A DNA stretch of 64,000 bases, taken from contig CBFHQG010000003.1 of NCBI GenBank assembly GCA_965657825.1, positions 910-64,909 on the forward strand. Direction: 5' to 3'. The position numbers were made by a program, and so were the translations under genes. The notes under the pieces were generated by a model. That model saw only the letters and a program-made list of their open reading frames with translations. It made no database searches and had not been told where the DNA came from. The DNA comes from Actinomycetes bacterium (GTDB lineage Bacteria; Actinomycetota; Actinomycetes; S36-B12). This document shows positions 45,620 through 55,173 of this stretch, piece by piece (the stretch's first letter is position 1; each line of letters opens with the position of its first letter).

Positions 45620-47024
45620 CGTCTTCGTTCCTCTCAGTCTGGAATCCCGTTGCGGCGAGGGCACCGAGCGGAACGGGTACGGCAACAGGCCGGACTGCCG
45701 CGCGGGATTGTCCGGCGAGCGTTGTCGACTGTGGACACAGGCGATCCACCGTCTGCGCGCAGATGCGCCCCTGGCACCATCCCATACCGGCTCGGGTCAG
45801 CAGTTTGACCGTCCGGGCGTCACGTGCGCCGAGGTCATCGATGGCATGCTCGATGCGGGAGACGGGCACCTCCTCGCATCGACACACGGTCGTATCACCC
45901 TGCAGGTCCTCGCGCCAACCCGGTGCGATCGGGAACGCCTCGGCGAGTGCATCGGCGAAGTCGCGCATCCGATCACGGCGGCGGCGTAGTCCCACCTCAT
46001 CACGCAGGGGTGAGGATCGCCCGAACGACCGGGCGGCAGTAGCACCGGCGATGAGCCCCTCGACTCGGGCCAGGTCGACTCCCCCGACACCGGTCGTCTC
46101 CCCCGCCGCGTAGACCCCGGCGACGGAGGTGGCCTGGTTGTCATCGACGACGACCGACAGTCCCTCGTCCGCACTGACCCGAAGTTCGCATCGCAGTTGC
46201 GCGAGCAGGTCGGTCTGCGCGGTGAACCCGTAGCCCAGGGTGAGCGTGTCGGCCTCGAGCAACCGATCTGTCCCGGGGATCGCGTGCCACTGCGCGTCGA
46301 CGCGACCGATCGTGACCCCCGTCACCGACCCTTCACCGTGGACACGACGCACACGATGGCGGCGTAGGTACGGAACGCGATGGCGCGCGAGTCTGGCGAG
46401 GTAGCCGGTGAGCTCACCGGCCTTGTCCACGCGCGTCAGCGCCGCTCGGTATCGCCCTAATCGCAGTGGGTCATTGGCCTCGACCACGGCGACGACGACC
46501 CCTCCGGCCTGCAGGATCGCGTCAGCGACCGCAAGGAGGAATGGTCCCGTCCCCGCGACGACGATCCGTGACCCCGGGAGCACGCCGCTTCCCTTGATCA
46601 GCGCCTGCGCTCCGCCACCGGTCATGACCCCGGGCAGGTCCCAACCGGGAACGGGGAGTGGGCGGTCATGTGCACCGGTGGCGATCACAAGCCTGCGCGC
46701 CTCGATCACGCCGAGGTGGTCGCGGTGTCGATCGTCACCACGGGTGCGGATACGAAACAACGGCTGTGACGCATCACCCATCGACTCGATCGCGTAGACA
46801 GTGGTCGCCGATTCGATGTGGATACCAGCCCACATCCGCTCGTCGTTGCAGCCGCGCGGCCGGTAGGCAGGGGCGGTGACCGGGCGTCGGTGGTACTGGC
46901 CTCCCGCCACTGGGTTGGCATCCACCACCGTCACCGAGCATCCGGCCTGCGCCGATGCGTAGGCCGCCGACATCCCCGCGGCTCCTGCACCCACGATCAC
47001 GACATCGCGGACCTGTTTCGTCAT
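45612..47024 (-). CDS. NAD(P)/FAD-dependent oxidoreductase with a C-terminal BFD-like [2Fe-2S] segment (large subunit of a heteromeric D-hydroxyproline/opine-type dehydrogenase)
   Basis: 470 aa with VVIVGAGAAGMSAA and a second dinucleotide motif. C-terminal CRCEEV...GWCQGRIC. Confidence 0.75.
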   Translation of the reverse strand: MTKQVRDVVIVGAGAAGMSAAYASAQAGCSVTVVDANPVAGGQYHRRPVTAPAYRPRGCNDERMWAGIHIESATTVYAIESMGDASQPLFRIRTRGDDRHRDHLGVIEARRLVIATGAHDRPLPVPGWDLPGVMTGGGAQALIKGSGVLPGSRIVVAGTGPFLLAVADAILQAGGVVVAVVEANDPLRLGRYRAALTRVDKAGELTGYLARLARHRVPYLRRHRVRRVHGEGSVTGVTIGRVDAQWHAIPGTDRLLEADTLTLGYGFTAQTDLLAQLRCELRVSADEGLSVVVDDNQATSVAGVYAAGETTGVGGVDLARVEGLIAGATAARSFGRSSPLRDEVGLRRRRDRMRDFADALAEAFPIAPGWREDLQGDTTVCRCEEVPVSRIEHAIDDLGARDARTVKLLTRAGMGWCQGRICAQTVDRLCPQSTTLAGQSRAAVRPVAVPVPLGALAATGFQTERNEDDE

Positions 47025-47290
47025 GTCATCTCACCGTCGAATCCCGTTGCCTGCTGGGTGCTGATCACATCTCCGGGTTCAACGAGCGTGATGCACGCCC
47101 GCACATTCGGTTCACCGTTGATGATCACCAGGCAGTCGAAGCACACCCCCATGCCGCAGAACACTCCGCGCGGAGAACCCTCGATGCGGGTCGTGCGCCA
47201 CGAACGGATGCCCTGTGAGATGAGTGCCGCGGCGACGGTCGCACACTCGTCGACGATGATGGTGTGACCGTCGATGGTGATCTCAGGCAT
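47021..47290 (-). CDS. small (2Fe-2S)-binding subunit
   Basis: 89 aa from the ATG at 47290 (ATGCCTGA overlap). Cys cluster FCGMGVCFDC...C. ATGA overlap with the next gene. Confidence 0.7.
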   Translation of the reverse strand: MPEITIDGHTIIVDECATVAAALISQGIRSWRTTRIEGSPRGVFCGMGVCFDCLVIINGEPNVRACITLVEPGDVISTQQATGFDGEMT

Positions 47291-48461
47291 GGGCGCCGGC
47301 CCTATCGGTGGTGAATCGCATCGGGGAGAACGCCTCCAGCGGCAGGTCGGGGTCACATCCGCTGACCGACTGCGCGATGAGGTACCCGGTCGCCGCAGCG
47401 AGTCCGACCCCCGCACCCTCATGGCCGCAGGCGTGGATCAACCCGGGCACGCGATCGTCCGGCCCGATGACCGGCAGGTGATCGGGGCAGTAGGGCCGGA
47501 ATCCGCCATAGGTCCGCAGTAGTTGCACCCCGGTCAGTCGCGGGAAGATCGCGATCGCCTGTTGCGCAAGGCGAGAGATGATCGACCAGTCCAGGGTCGC
47601 ATCGAAACCCACGCGTTCGCGGGATGAGCCGATGAGGATGGTGCCGCCCCGTGTGCCCTCGATGACCGCGGAGGTCTCCAGGCCCTCGCGGTCAGAGGCG
47701 ACATTGGCGACGTAGTCGGCGGCGTACACCTTGTGTCGCACCAAGGGTGGAAGCGGTTCGGTGACCAGCAGGAACCCCCGCCGCGGCAGGATCGGCAGGT
47801 CGACTCCGGCGAGCGCAGCAATCTGACCACCCCAGGTGCCACCGGCGTTGACCACGACAGGTGCGCCGATATGCCCCTCCCGGGTGCGCACACCGGTCAC
47901 GTGGGGGTCACGGGTGATCTCCAGCACCTCGGTATCGAGGTATCGATCGAGTCGACCGGTCGCGACTCCACGCGCGATGAGGTGTGCCGCGGCGAGCATC
48001 GGCTGGGTCTGCATGTCCTGCGGGTAGTGAATACCACCGGGGATCGCCGATGTGATGTGCGGTTCGAGTTCACCGAGCCCGTCCGAGTCGACCTCGATGG
48101 CCTCGACTCCCGCCGTGCGCTGAGCAGCAGCGAACCGCTGCAACTTCTGCAGAGCCGCCTCGTCGTGGGCGATGACGATGCCGCCCTTGGGCTCCAACTC
48201 CGCCCGCTCCCCGATGAGGTCGATCAGGTCGAACCACAGCCGACGACTGAGCAGGGCAAGATCGAGTTCCGGCCCAGGCCCCTTATCCGAGACGAGGATG
48301 TTCCCCTCGCCTGCCCCTGTCGTCCCCGATGCGACGCTGCCACGATCGACGATCGCCACTCGCAAGCCCACGTCGACCAGATAGTGCGCGCAGCAGGCAC
48401 CGACGACTCCTGCGCCGATGACGATGGCGTCGTAGGTGCTCGTCCGCCCCGGTTCACTCAT
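47283..48461 (-). CDS. FAD-dependent oxidoreductase, DAO family (beta subunit type)
   Basis: 392 aa from the ATG at 48461 (ATGAGTGA overlap with the gntR stop). Carries AIVIGAGVVGACCA. Confidence 0.8.
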   Translation of the reverse strand: MSEPGRTSTYDAIVIGAGVVGACCAHYLVDVGLRVAIVDRGSVASGTTGAGEGNILVSDKGPGPELDLALLSRRLWFDLIDLIGERAELEPKGGIVIAHDEAALQKLQRFAAAQRTAGVEAIEVDSDGLGELEPHITSAIPGGIHYPQDMQTQPMLAAAHLIARGVATGRLDRYLDTEVLEITRDPHVTGVRTREGHIGAPVVVNAGGTWGGQIAALAGVDLPILPRRGFLLVTEPLPPLVRHKVYAADYVANVASDREGLETSAVIEGTRGGTILIGSSRERVGFDATLDWSIISRLAQQAIAIFPRLTGVQLLRTYGGFRPYCPDHLPVIGPDDRVPGLIHACGHEGAGVGLAAATGYLIAQSVSGCDPDLPLEAFSPMRFTTDRAGAHA

Positions 48462-49119
48462 CACGTCTGGCCCAACTACCGCGGACGTGGTCGAGGTGGT
48501 GGCCCATGAGGTCCGCTGCTGCCGCACTATCGCCGCGTGCGACTGCCTCGAGCAGTTCGAGGTGTTCCTGCGCTGACGCGACGAGTGTGCCGTCGGCGGC
48601 CAGATCGCCCAGCCCGTAGAGCCGACTCTGGGTGCGCAGCGCATCGACGATGTCGATCAGCCGCGGATTACCGGCGCCCGCGAGCAGGGCGAGGTGGAAC
48701 TCCCGGTCTCCTTCCAGATAGGACACGAGATCTCCGGCGGCTGCCGCATCGCGCACCTGCTCGGCGATGATGCGCAGGTGCACGATCGACTCATCACTCA
48801 GTGCCCCGCTCGCCCGCTCGACCGCGGGCACCTCCAGCATCCGGCGCACCTCGGTCAGTGCATCCAGATCAGCATCGGTCATCTCGACAACGCGAAAACC
48901 CTTATTGGGCACCGCGGCGAGGATTCCCTGCTGCACGAAATCCAGCATCGCTTCGCGCACCGGGGTGGCAGAGACGCCCAGCTGCTCGGCGAGGGTCGGG
49001 ATGGAGTAGGTGGTTCCCGGCTGCAACTGACCGGAGATGAGTGCGGTGCGCAGTGCTGCCGCAACCTGCTCACGCAGGGACACCCGACCGCTCACCTCCG
49101 GCAGATGCAGCGTGGTCAC
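48454..49119 (-). CDS. GntR family (FadR-like C-domain) transcriptional regulator
   Basis: 221 aa with the wHTH IPTLAEQLGVSATPVREAM and an FCD-like helical C-domain. GTGA overlap with the epimerase stop. Confidence 0.85.
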   Translation of the reverse strand: MTTLHLPEVSGRVSLREQVAAALRTALISGQLQPGTTYSIPTLAEQLGVSATPVREAMLDFVQQGILAAVPNKGFRVVEMTDADLDALTEVRRMLEVPAVERASGALSDESIVHLRIIAEQVRDAAAAGDLVSYLEGDREFHLALLAGAGNPRLIDIVDALRTQSRLYGLGDLAADGTLVASAQEHLELLEAVARGDSAAAADLMGHHLDHVRGSWARRDE

Positions 49120-50117
49120 AGCACGAACCCTGCAGGGAAAGGATCGTCGGGGGCCAGGAAGTACTGCGCGGTGCCGGTCACCCAGGCACGCCCCGTGATC
49201 GTCGGTACGACTGCGGCAACATCACCGACCGTCGTCGACTCGATCAGTCGCCCGGTGAACGTCGTGCCGATGAACGACTCGTTGATGAAGTCGGTGTCCA
49301 GGGGGAGTTCACCGCGGGCATGTAGTTGCGCCATGCGCGCTGACGTGCCGGTGCCGCAGGGGGAACGATCGAACCAGCCGGGGTAGATCGCCATCGCGTG
49401 ACGCGAGTGCTGCGCATCGGATCCTGGAGCGATCACCTGCACGTGGTGGCAGCCGCGGATCTCCGGCTGCGTTGGATGGATCGGCTCATCACTGGCGTTG
49501 ATGGCCTCCATCATCGCCAGTGCCCGCCGCATGATCTCGTCACCGTTGGCGCGATCGAACTCCACGCCGAGAGCGTCAGCATCGACGATGGCGTAGAAGT
49601 TGCCACCGAACGCCATGTCATACGGCACCCGACCGATACCGGGAACCTCGACAGAAGCATCGAGGGCGTGCGCGAAGGAGGCGACATTGCGGATCGTGAC
49701 GGATTTCGCCGCACCAGCCTCCACCGCGACCTCGGCCACAACCAATCCTGCGGGAACATCGAGGCGGATCGTGGTGACCGGCTCGATGACCTCGACCATG
49801 CCCGTTTCGACCAGCACCGTCGACACACCGATCGTGCCGTGCCCGCACATCGGCAGGCACCCGGTGACCTCGATGTACACCACACCCCAGTCGGCATCGG
49901 CACGCGTCGCGGGCTGGAGTATCGCTCCACTCATCGCGGAGTGCCCGCGAGGTTCGGTCATCAGCAGGGTGCGGATGTCATCCATGTGCTCCATGAAGTG
50001 CAACCGCTTGGCCATCATGGTGTCGCCGGGGATCTCACCGACACCACCGACGATCACCCGTGTGGGCATGCCTTCGGTGTGCGAGTCGACTGCATGGAAG
50101 ACCCGCTTTGCGCGCAT
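49116..50117 (-). CDS. proline racemase family, Cys/Cys type; candidate 4-hydroxyproline 2-epimerase
   Basis: 333 aa. Both catalytic motifs carry Cys (LPMCGHGTIG and DRSPCGTGTSA). The operon context suggests hydroxyproline. Confidence 0.8.
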   Translation of the reverse strand: MRAKRVFHAVDSHTEGMPTRVIVGGVGEIPGDTMMAKRLHFMEHMDDIRTLLMTEPRGHSAMSGAILQPATRADADWGVVYIEVTGCLPMCGHGTIGVSTVLVETGMVEVIEPVTTIRLDVPAGLVVAEVAVEAGAAKSVTIRNVASFAHALDASVEVPGIGRVPYDMAFGGNFYAIVDADALGVEFDRANGDEIMRRALAMMEAINASDEPIHPTQPEIRGCHHVQVIAPGSDAQHSRHAMAIYPGWFDRSPCGTGTSARMAQLHARGELPLDTDFINESFIGTTFTGRLIESTTVGDVAAVVPTITGRAWVTGTAQYFLAPDDPFPAGFVL

Positions 50118-50120
50118 GGC

Positions 50121-51017
50121 TTAACGGTAGCCCTTGGCCAGGGCTGCCTCGGTGGCCTTGCGCACCGTCGCTTCGTGCTCGGGGGTCAACGGGAGTCGCG
50201 GCGGACGGCACGGTCCGCCGAAGCGACCGGCGATGTCCATGCTCAGCTTGATCGCCTGCACGAACTCGGTCTTGGAATCCCAGCGCAGCAGCGGGTGGAG
50301 ATCGCGGTATATCGGCACCGCCGTCGCAACATCACCGGCCATCGCCGCGTCGTAGAGGGAGCGACTGGCTTCCGGGAGCGCATTGGGGTACCCGGCGATC
50401 CAACCCTTGGCACCGGCGAGGGCGAGCTCCACCACGACGTCATCAGCACCGATGATCAGGTCGAGTTCCGGGGCGAGTTCGCCGAGTTCGTAGGCGCGGC
50501 GCACATCACCGCTGAACTCCTTGACCGCGACGATGAGGCCCTCACTGTGCAGGCGGGCGAGCATCTCGGGGGTGAGATCCACCTTGGTGTCGAAGGGGTT
50601 GTTGTAGGCCACGATCGACATCCCGGCCTGCGCCACCTCGCGGTAGTGCTCCATCACGATGCGCTCATCGGCACGGTAGGCATTCGGCGGCAGGAGCATG
50701 ACCGCGGCAGCTCCGGCCTCGGCGGCCTGCTCGGTCCACCGCCGCGACTCCCCTGATCCGTAGGCGGCGACTCCGGGCACGACGACTCCACCCACCGCAT
50801 TGGCCGCCGCGACCGCGGTGGTCACGACCTTCGCGCGCTCATCGTCGGTCAGGGTCTGGTACTCCCCGAGGGAGCCGTTGCACACGACACCGTCCGAGCC
50901 GTGGGTGCACAGCCAGGTGACGTGGTCGGCGTACCGGTCGTAATCGACCGAGCCATCGGGGGCGAAGGGCAGGGCGGTCGCGGTGAGGATCCCGCGCCAG
51001 GGAGTCGATGTTGTCAT
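50121..51017 (-). CDS. dihydrodipicolinate synthase family protein; candidate pyrroline-4-hydroxy-2-carboxylate deaminase
   Basis: 298 aa from the ATG at 51017. DapA/NAL-family blocks (GSLGEYQTL, Schiff-base Lys region VAVKEF). Confidence 0.75.
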   Translation of the reverse strand: MTTSTPWRGILTATALPFAPDGSVDYDRYADHVTWLCTHGSDGVVCNGSLGEYQTLTDDERAKVVTTAVAAANAVGGVVVPGVAAYGSGESRRWTEQAAEAGAAAVMLLPPNAYRADERIVMEHYREVAQAGMSIVAYNNPFDTKVDLTPEMLARLHSEGLIVAVKEFSGDVRRAYELGELAPELDLIIGADDVVVELALAGAKGWIAGYPNALPEASRSLYDAAMAGDVATAVPIYRDLHPLLRWDSKTEFVQAIKLSMDIAGRFGGPCRPPRLPLTPEHEATVRKATEAALAKGYR

Positions 51018-51057
51018 GAGTGATATATTACATAGCACTCCTCCGCTGTCAATAGCC

Positions 51058-51106
51058 CTTCTTCGGGCGAATCGCGCCCGATTCGGGCTCCCTTCGCCCG
51101 AAGAAG
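51058..51106 (-). terminator. strong stem-loop immediately downstream of the AraC-family gene
   Basis: Perfect 14-bp arms: CTTCTTCGGGCGAA (51058-51071) and TTCGCCCGAAGAAG (51093-51106). It lies 2 nt from the stop at 51109. There is no clear U-tract. Confidence 0.55.
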
Positions 51107-51108
51107 CG

Positions 51109-51777
51109 CTACGCCGAGCGGCGGAAGGCTCCGGGGGTCATCCCCAGCACCGATCGGAACTGTCGAGTGAAGGACGCCTGGTCATAGAACCCACAGGCGG
51201 CCGCGATCTCCCCGGCGCTCAGGGTCGTCGTCGTCAGCAGTCGCGCCGCGTGCTCCACGCGCAGCCGCTGCAGCAGCGAGCGTGGACTCAAGCCCAGGGT
51301 TCGGCGGCACAGTCGCTCCAGTTGGGTGACCGAAAGACCTGCGGCAGAAGCGATTTCACGAACACGCCACGGCTCGTCGATGCGCCCGCGGATCTCCGCG
51401 AGAGCCTGGGCCAGGCCGGCCTGAGCACCATCCATCTGCGCATGCAGATCCACCGACAGCACGGCGACCCCGCACACCTGCCCCGCATCGTCGACCAGCC
51501 GGGTCTTGGACGTCAGGTACCAGCCCAGCCGGCGGTCGGGGCGCACGATGAGTTCCAGATGCCCCGCGAGCGGCTCACCGGTCGCGAGCACCTGCGCGTC
51601 CTGTGCGGCATACGACTCGGCAAGATCCGGGGCGAAGAAGTCCGTCACCCGGCCACCGATGATCTGGGCAGCCGGGCGCCCCACGCGCTCAGCGAACCCG
51701 GAATTGACGTAGATATAGCGGCCATCAGCATCCTTCGCCGAGGCCATCACCTGCGGGAGCGAGTCCACCAGTTGCAT
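51109..51777 (-). CDS. AraC family transcriptional regulator with an N-terminal PAS-like sensor
   Basis: 222 aa from the ATG at 51777. PAS-like YIYVNSGFAERVG...AQDAQVLATGEP, followed by an AraC HTH pair (GFYDQASFTRQFR). The longer ORF would cross the putA start. Confidence 0.8.
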   Translation of the reverse strand: MQLVDSLPQVMASAKDADGRYIYVNSGFAERVGRPAAQIIGGRVTDFFAPDLAESYAAQDAQVLATGEPLAGHLELIVRPDRRLGWYLTSKTRLVDDAGQVCGVAVLSVDLHAQMDGAQAGLAQALAEIRGRIDEPWRVREIASAAGLSVTQLERLCRRTLGLSPRSLLQRLRVEHAARLLTTTTLSAGEIAAACGFYDQASFTRQFRSVLGMTPGAFRRSA

Positions 51778-51877
51778 GAACGTCGCCAGCGCCCTGCTAG
51801 TAATTTGTATTTTTTCGACTCCCACGGGGTCACTGTGGCACAAGACGAGCAGCCCGGACACATGATGGGGTGCCCCC

Positions 51878-54800
51878 ATGTCGACCGATGCCCGCGTGCA
51901 GCCCACCATCACCGCCTCACCAGCGGGAGCCGAAGCCCGTGCCACCGAGCTGCTCGCCCGCGCCGGTGCACTGACCACCCGCACCGAACGGCGCAGTGCC
52001 AGGCGCCTCGGGCGGCTCATCGGTGATGATGCCGGTCGAGACCTGCTGCTGGATCTCACCGACCAGGTGCTGCGCATCCGTGATCGACGACGCGCGGCCC
52101 GACGCCTGCACGACCTGGTGCGCGCCGGTGTCCCCCGCTCCCTCGGGCTCGTCGACGGGATGGGCTTGCGCATGCTCGGTCGCATCGCGCCCTACGCCCC
52201 GCGCCTGGCCGAATGGGCCGTCGATTGGCGTGTCGGGTCGGAAACCAACGGTGTCATCCTGCCCGCCGAGGATTCACCCTTCTCCCGCTATGTGGCACGA
52301 CGCCGGGCCGACGGCTTCGATCTGAACATCAACGTGCTCGGCGAGGCCATCCTGGGTGACGACGAGGCCGATCAGCGGTTCGAGATGGTCGCCGCGCGCC
52401 TGCGCCGCCCGGACGTGAACTACGTCTCGGTCAAGATCTCCGCCCTCTGCGCCAATCTGGATGTCCTCGCCTGGGATGACTCGCTCGCGCGGATCACCGA
52501 TCGACTCGCTGCGCTGTACCGCATCGCTGCTGCGCACGACTCCTTCGTCAATCTCGACATGGAGGAGCACCGCGATCTCGACCTCTCGGTGGAGTCGTTC
52601 ATTCGCGTGCTCGACCAACCGGAATTCTCCACTCTGCGCGCTGGGATCGTGCTGCAGGCCTATATCCCTGATTCGCATGATGCGCTGAAGCGCCTGTGCG
52701 AGTGGGCCAACGAGCGCCAGGCACACGGCGGCGCCGAGATCAAGATCCGCCTGGTGAAGGGTGCCAATCTCGCCATGGAGCAGGTCGAAGCCGAGCAGCG
52801 CGACTGGCCGCAGGCACCGTACTACTCCAAGGCCGATGTCGACGCGTCGTACAAGCTCATGCTGCACAACGCACTCACCTGGGCCAATCCCGGCGCAGTG
52901 CGTCTTGGCATCGCGTCGCACAACCTGCTCGATGTCGCGTGGGCACTGACCGTGCGTGATTCGCTGGATGATCCGAGTCGCATCGAGATCGAGATGCTCG
53001 AGGGGATGGCGCCCGCCCAATCGCGTGCGGTGCGAGACGAGGCAGGCTCACTACTGCTGTACGCGCCCGTCGTGGAGAAGCGCGATCGGGATGCCTCCAT
53101 CGCCTACCTCTCCCGACGCCTGGATGAGAACTCCGGACCGGAGAACTTCCTGCGCGCACTGTTCGACCTCACCCCCGACTCCCCCGCCTGGCAGCGTGAG
53201 ATCGAGCGCTTCCGCGCCTCCCTGTCTCGAACCAGTGAGATCGAAACGACGTCGCATCGCACCCAGGATCGTCGGTCGGAGTCGCTGACCTTCACCGCCG
53301 ATGGTCTGTTCGCGAACGTCGCCGATACCGACTTCACCACCCCGGGCAACCGCGCCTGGGCCGAGCAGATCCTGCAGCATCCGGCACCCGCGGCCCCCGA
53401 TCTGGTGACGACGACCGAGCAGGTCGACGCGATCGTGGCCCGCGCTCGCACCGCCCAGGCCACCTGGGCGGACACCTCGTGGGAGGAACGCCGCGAGGCA
53501 CTCGCCCGAGTGGCCACCGAGCTGGCTGCCCGACGCGGTGACCTGCTGTCGGTGATGGCGACCACGACCGGCAAGACGCTGCGGGAGGGCGATCCCGAGG
53601 TCAGCGAGGGGATCGACTTCGTCACGTATGCGGCTGCCCTGACCCACTCGCACGAGCAGCGCAGCGAGCAGATGGAGTGGACGCCCTTCCCCGTGACCCT
53701 CGTGGCCGGGCCGTGGAACTTCCCGTTCGCGATTCCCACGGCCGGTCTCGTCCACGCCCTGGCCGCCGGCGGGGCGGCGATCCTCAAGCCCGCGCCCGAG
53801 GCGCGCGCGGTGGGTGCGCAGATCATCGCCGCCATCCAAGCCGCGGGAGTCCCCGAGGGACTGATCCAACTGGCCTGCACACCCGATGACGAGGTCGGCC
53901 AGCACCTGGTCACCCATCTGGATGTCGACCAGGTGATCCTGACCGGCAGCCTGGCCACCGCGGAGTTGTTCCACGACTGGCGTCCCGATCTGCGGTTGCG
54001 CGCGGAGACCTCCGGCAAGAACGCCCTGATCATCACGGCTGCAGCTGACCTGGATCTTGCGATCAAGGATCTGGTGCGTTCAGCATTCGGACACGCCGGG
54101 CAGAAGTGCTCAGCGGCGAGCCTGGCCATCGTCGAGGCGAGCGTCTACGACGATCCGAGTTTCGCCACCCGGTTGGCCGATGCCGTCCGCAGCCTGGTCG
54201 TCGGCGCGGCCACCGACCCAGCGACGATCATCGGCCCGGTCATCAACTCCCCGGTCGGTTCACTCGCTCGTGCCTTGACCACGCTCGAACCCCAGGAGAC
54301 CTGGCTGGTCGAGCCACGCCAGGTGGGGTCCACCGACTTCGGCGGCACGATCTGGACACCGGGCGTGCGCTGGGATGTCCAGCCCGACTCGTGGTTCCAC
54401 CTGACCGAGTGCTTCGGACCGGTCCTCGGGGTCATGCGCGCACGCGACCTCGAGCATGCCATCGCACTGCAGAACGCCTCCGAGTACGGACTCACCGGCG
54501 GCCTGCACAGCCTCGACCCCGCCGAGATCGACATGTGGCTGGATCATGTCGAGGTCGGCAACGCCTATGTCAACCGGCACATCACCGGTGCGATCGTGCA
54601 GCGCCAACCTTTCGGTGGGTGGAAGCGCTCCAGCATCGGTGTCGGTGCCAAGCCCGGCGGCCCCGGCTACCTGGATACCTTCGGCACCTGGGTCGATCCC
54701 GCTCTCGATGCAACGGATACCTCCGCAGCGATCGAATCCCTGCGACGGGCATGGGCGCAGACCTATTCGATCGACCACGATCCGACCGCTCTCCGCAGCG

Positions 54801-55162
54801 AGCGCAACATCCTGCGCTACTACCCCTTGCACGGGGTCGCCGTACTCGCCGACCCCGGGGCCGATCCGGACACGCGTCGCCGGCACAAGGAGATCCTCGA
54901 CGAGGCGTCGCTACTGAGCGGGACTCCCCGTCTGTGGTTCGCCGACTCCGATGACCTCCTCGCACGCATCGCCACCCTCGATGTGGAGCGGCTTCGCATC
55001 CTCGGACCGGTACACGACGATGTCCTGCGTGCCGCGCACACTGCCGGGATCGCGGTGGATACCGCACCGGTGACCACCGACGGCCATCTGGAGCTTGCTC
55101 ACTGGGTGAAGGAGCAGGCGGTGTCGATCACGCGCCATCGCCACGGTCGGCTGCTGTCCTAG
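51878..55162 (+). CDS. putA: bifunctional proline dehydrogenase / L-glutamate gamma-semialdehyde dehydrogenase
   Basis: 1094 aa. The N-terminal half has PRODH TIM-barrel blocks (VSVKISAL, LDMEEH, KIRLVKGAN, EMLEGM). The C-terminal half is ALDH-like (ETSGKNA, GQKCSAAS). Confidence 0.92.
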   Translation: MSTDARVQPTITASPAGAEARATELLARAGALTTRTERRSARRLGRLIGDDAGRDLLLDLTDQVLRIRDRRRAARRLHDLVRAGVPRSLGLVDGMGLRMLGRIAPYAPRLAEWAVDWRVGSETNGVILPAEDSPFSRYVARRRADGFDLNINVLGEAILGDDEADQRFEMVAARLRRPDVNYVSVKISALCANLDVLAWDDSLARITDRLAALYRIAAAHDSFVNLDMEEHRDLDLSVESFIRVLDQPEFSTLRAGIVLQAYIPDSHDALKRLCEWANERQAHGGAEIKIRLVKGANLAMEQVEAEQRDWPQAPYYSKADVDASYKLMLHNALTWANPGAVRLGIASHNLLDVAWALTVRDSLDDPSRIEIEMLEGMAPAQSRAVRDEAGSLLLYAPVVEKRDRDASIAYLSRRLDENSGPENFLRALFDLTPDSPAWQREIERFRASLSRTSEIETTSHRTQDRRSESLTFTADGLFANVADTDFTTPGNRAWAEQILQHPAPAAPDLVTTTEQVDAIVARARTAQATWADTSWEERREALARVATELAARRGDLLSVMATTTGKTLREGDPEVSEGIDFVTYAAALTHSHEQRSEQMEWTPFPVTLVAGPWNFPFAIPTAGLVHALAAGGAAILKPAPEARAVGAQIIAAIQAAGVPEGLIQLACTPDDEVGQHLVTHLDVDQVILTGSLATAELFHDWRPDLRLRAETSGKNALIITAAADLDLAIKDLVRSAFGHAGQKCSAASLAIVEASVYDDPSFATRLADAVRSLVVGAATDPATIIGPVINSPVGSLARALTTLEPQETWLVEPRQVGSTDFGGTIWTPGVRWDVQPDSWFHLTECFGPVLGVMRARDLEHAIALQNASEYGLTGGLHSLDPAEIDMWLDHVEVGNAYVNRHITGAIVQRQPFGGWKRSSIGVGAKPGGPGYLDTFGTWVDPALDATDTSAAIESLRRAWAQTYSIDHDPTALRSERNILRYYPLHGVAVLADPGADPDTRRRHKEILDEASLLSGTPRLWFADSDDLLARIATLDVERLRILGPVHDDVLRAAHTAGIAVDTAPVTTDGHLELAHWVKEQAVSITRHRHGRLLS

Positions 55163-55173
55163 ACCGCCTCAGG

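Noticed and set aside
51779-52185. The 5' extension of the AraC-family ORF (358 aa).
   Set aside because: The extension is Arg/Ser-rich and would run across the AT-rich promoter patch and the putA start on the other strand. The PAS-like domain starts right after the ATG at 51777.
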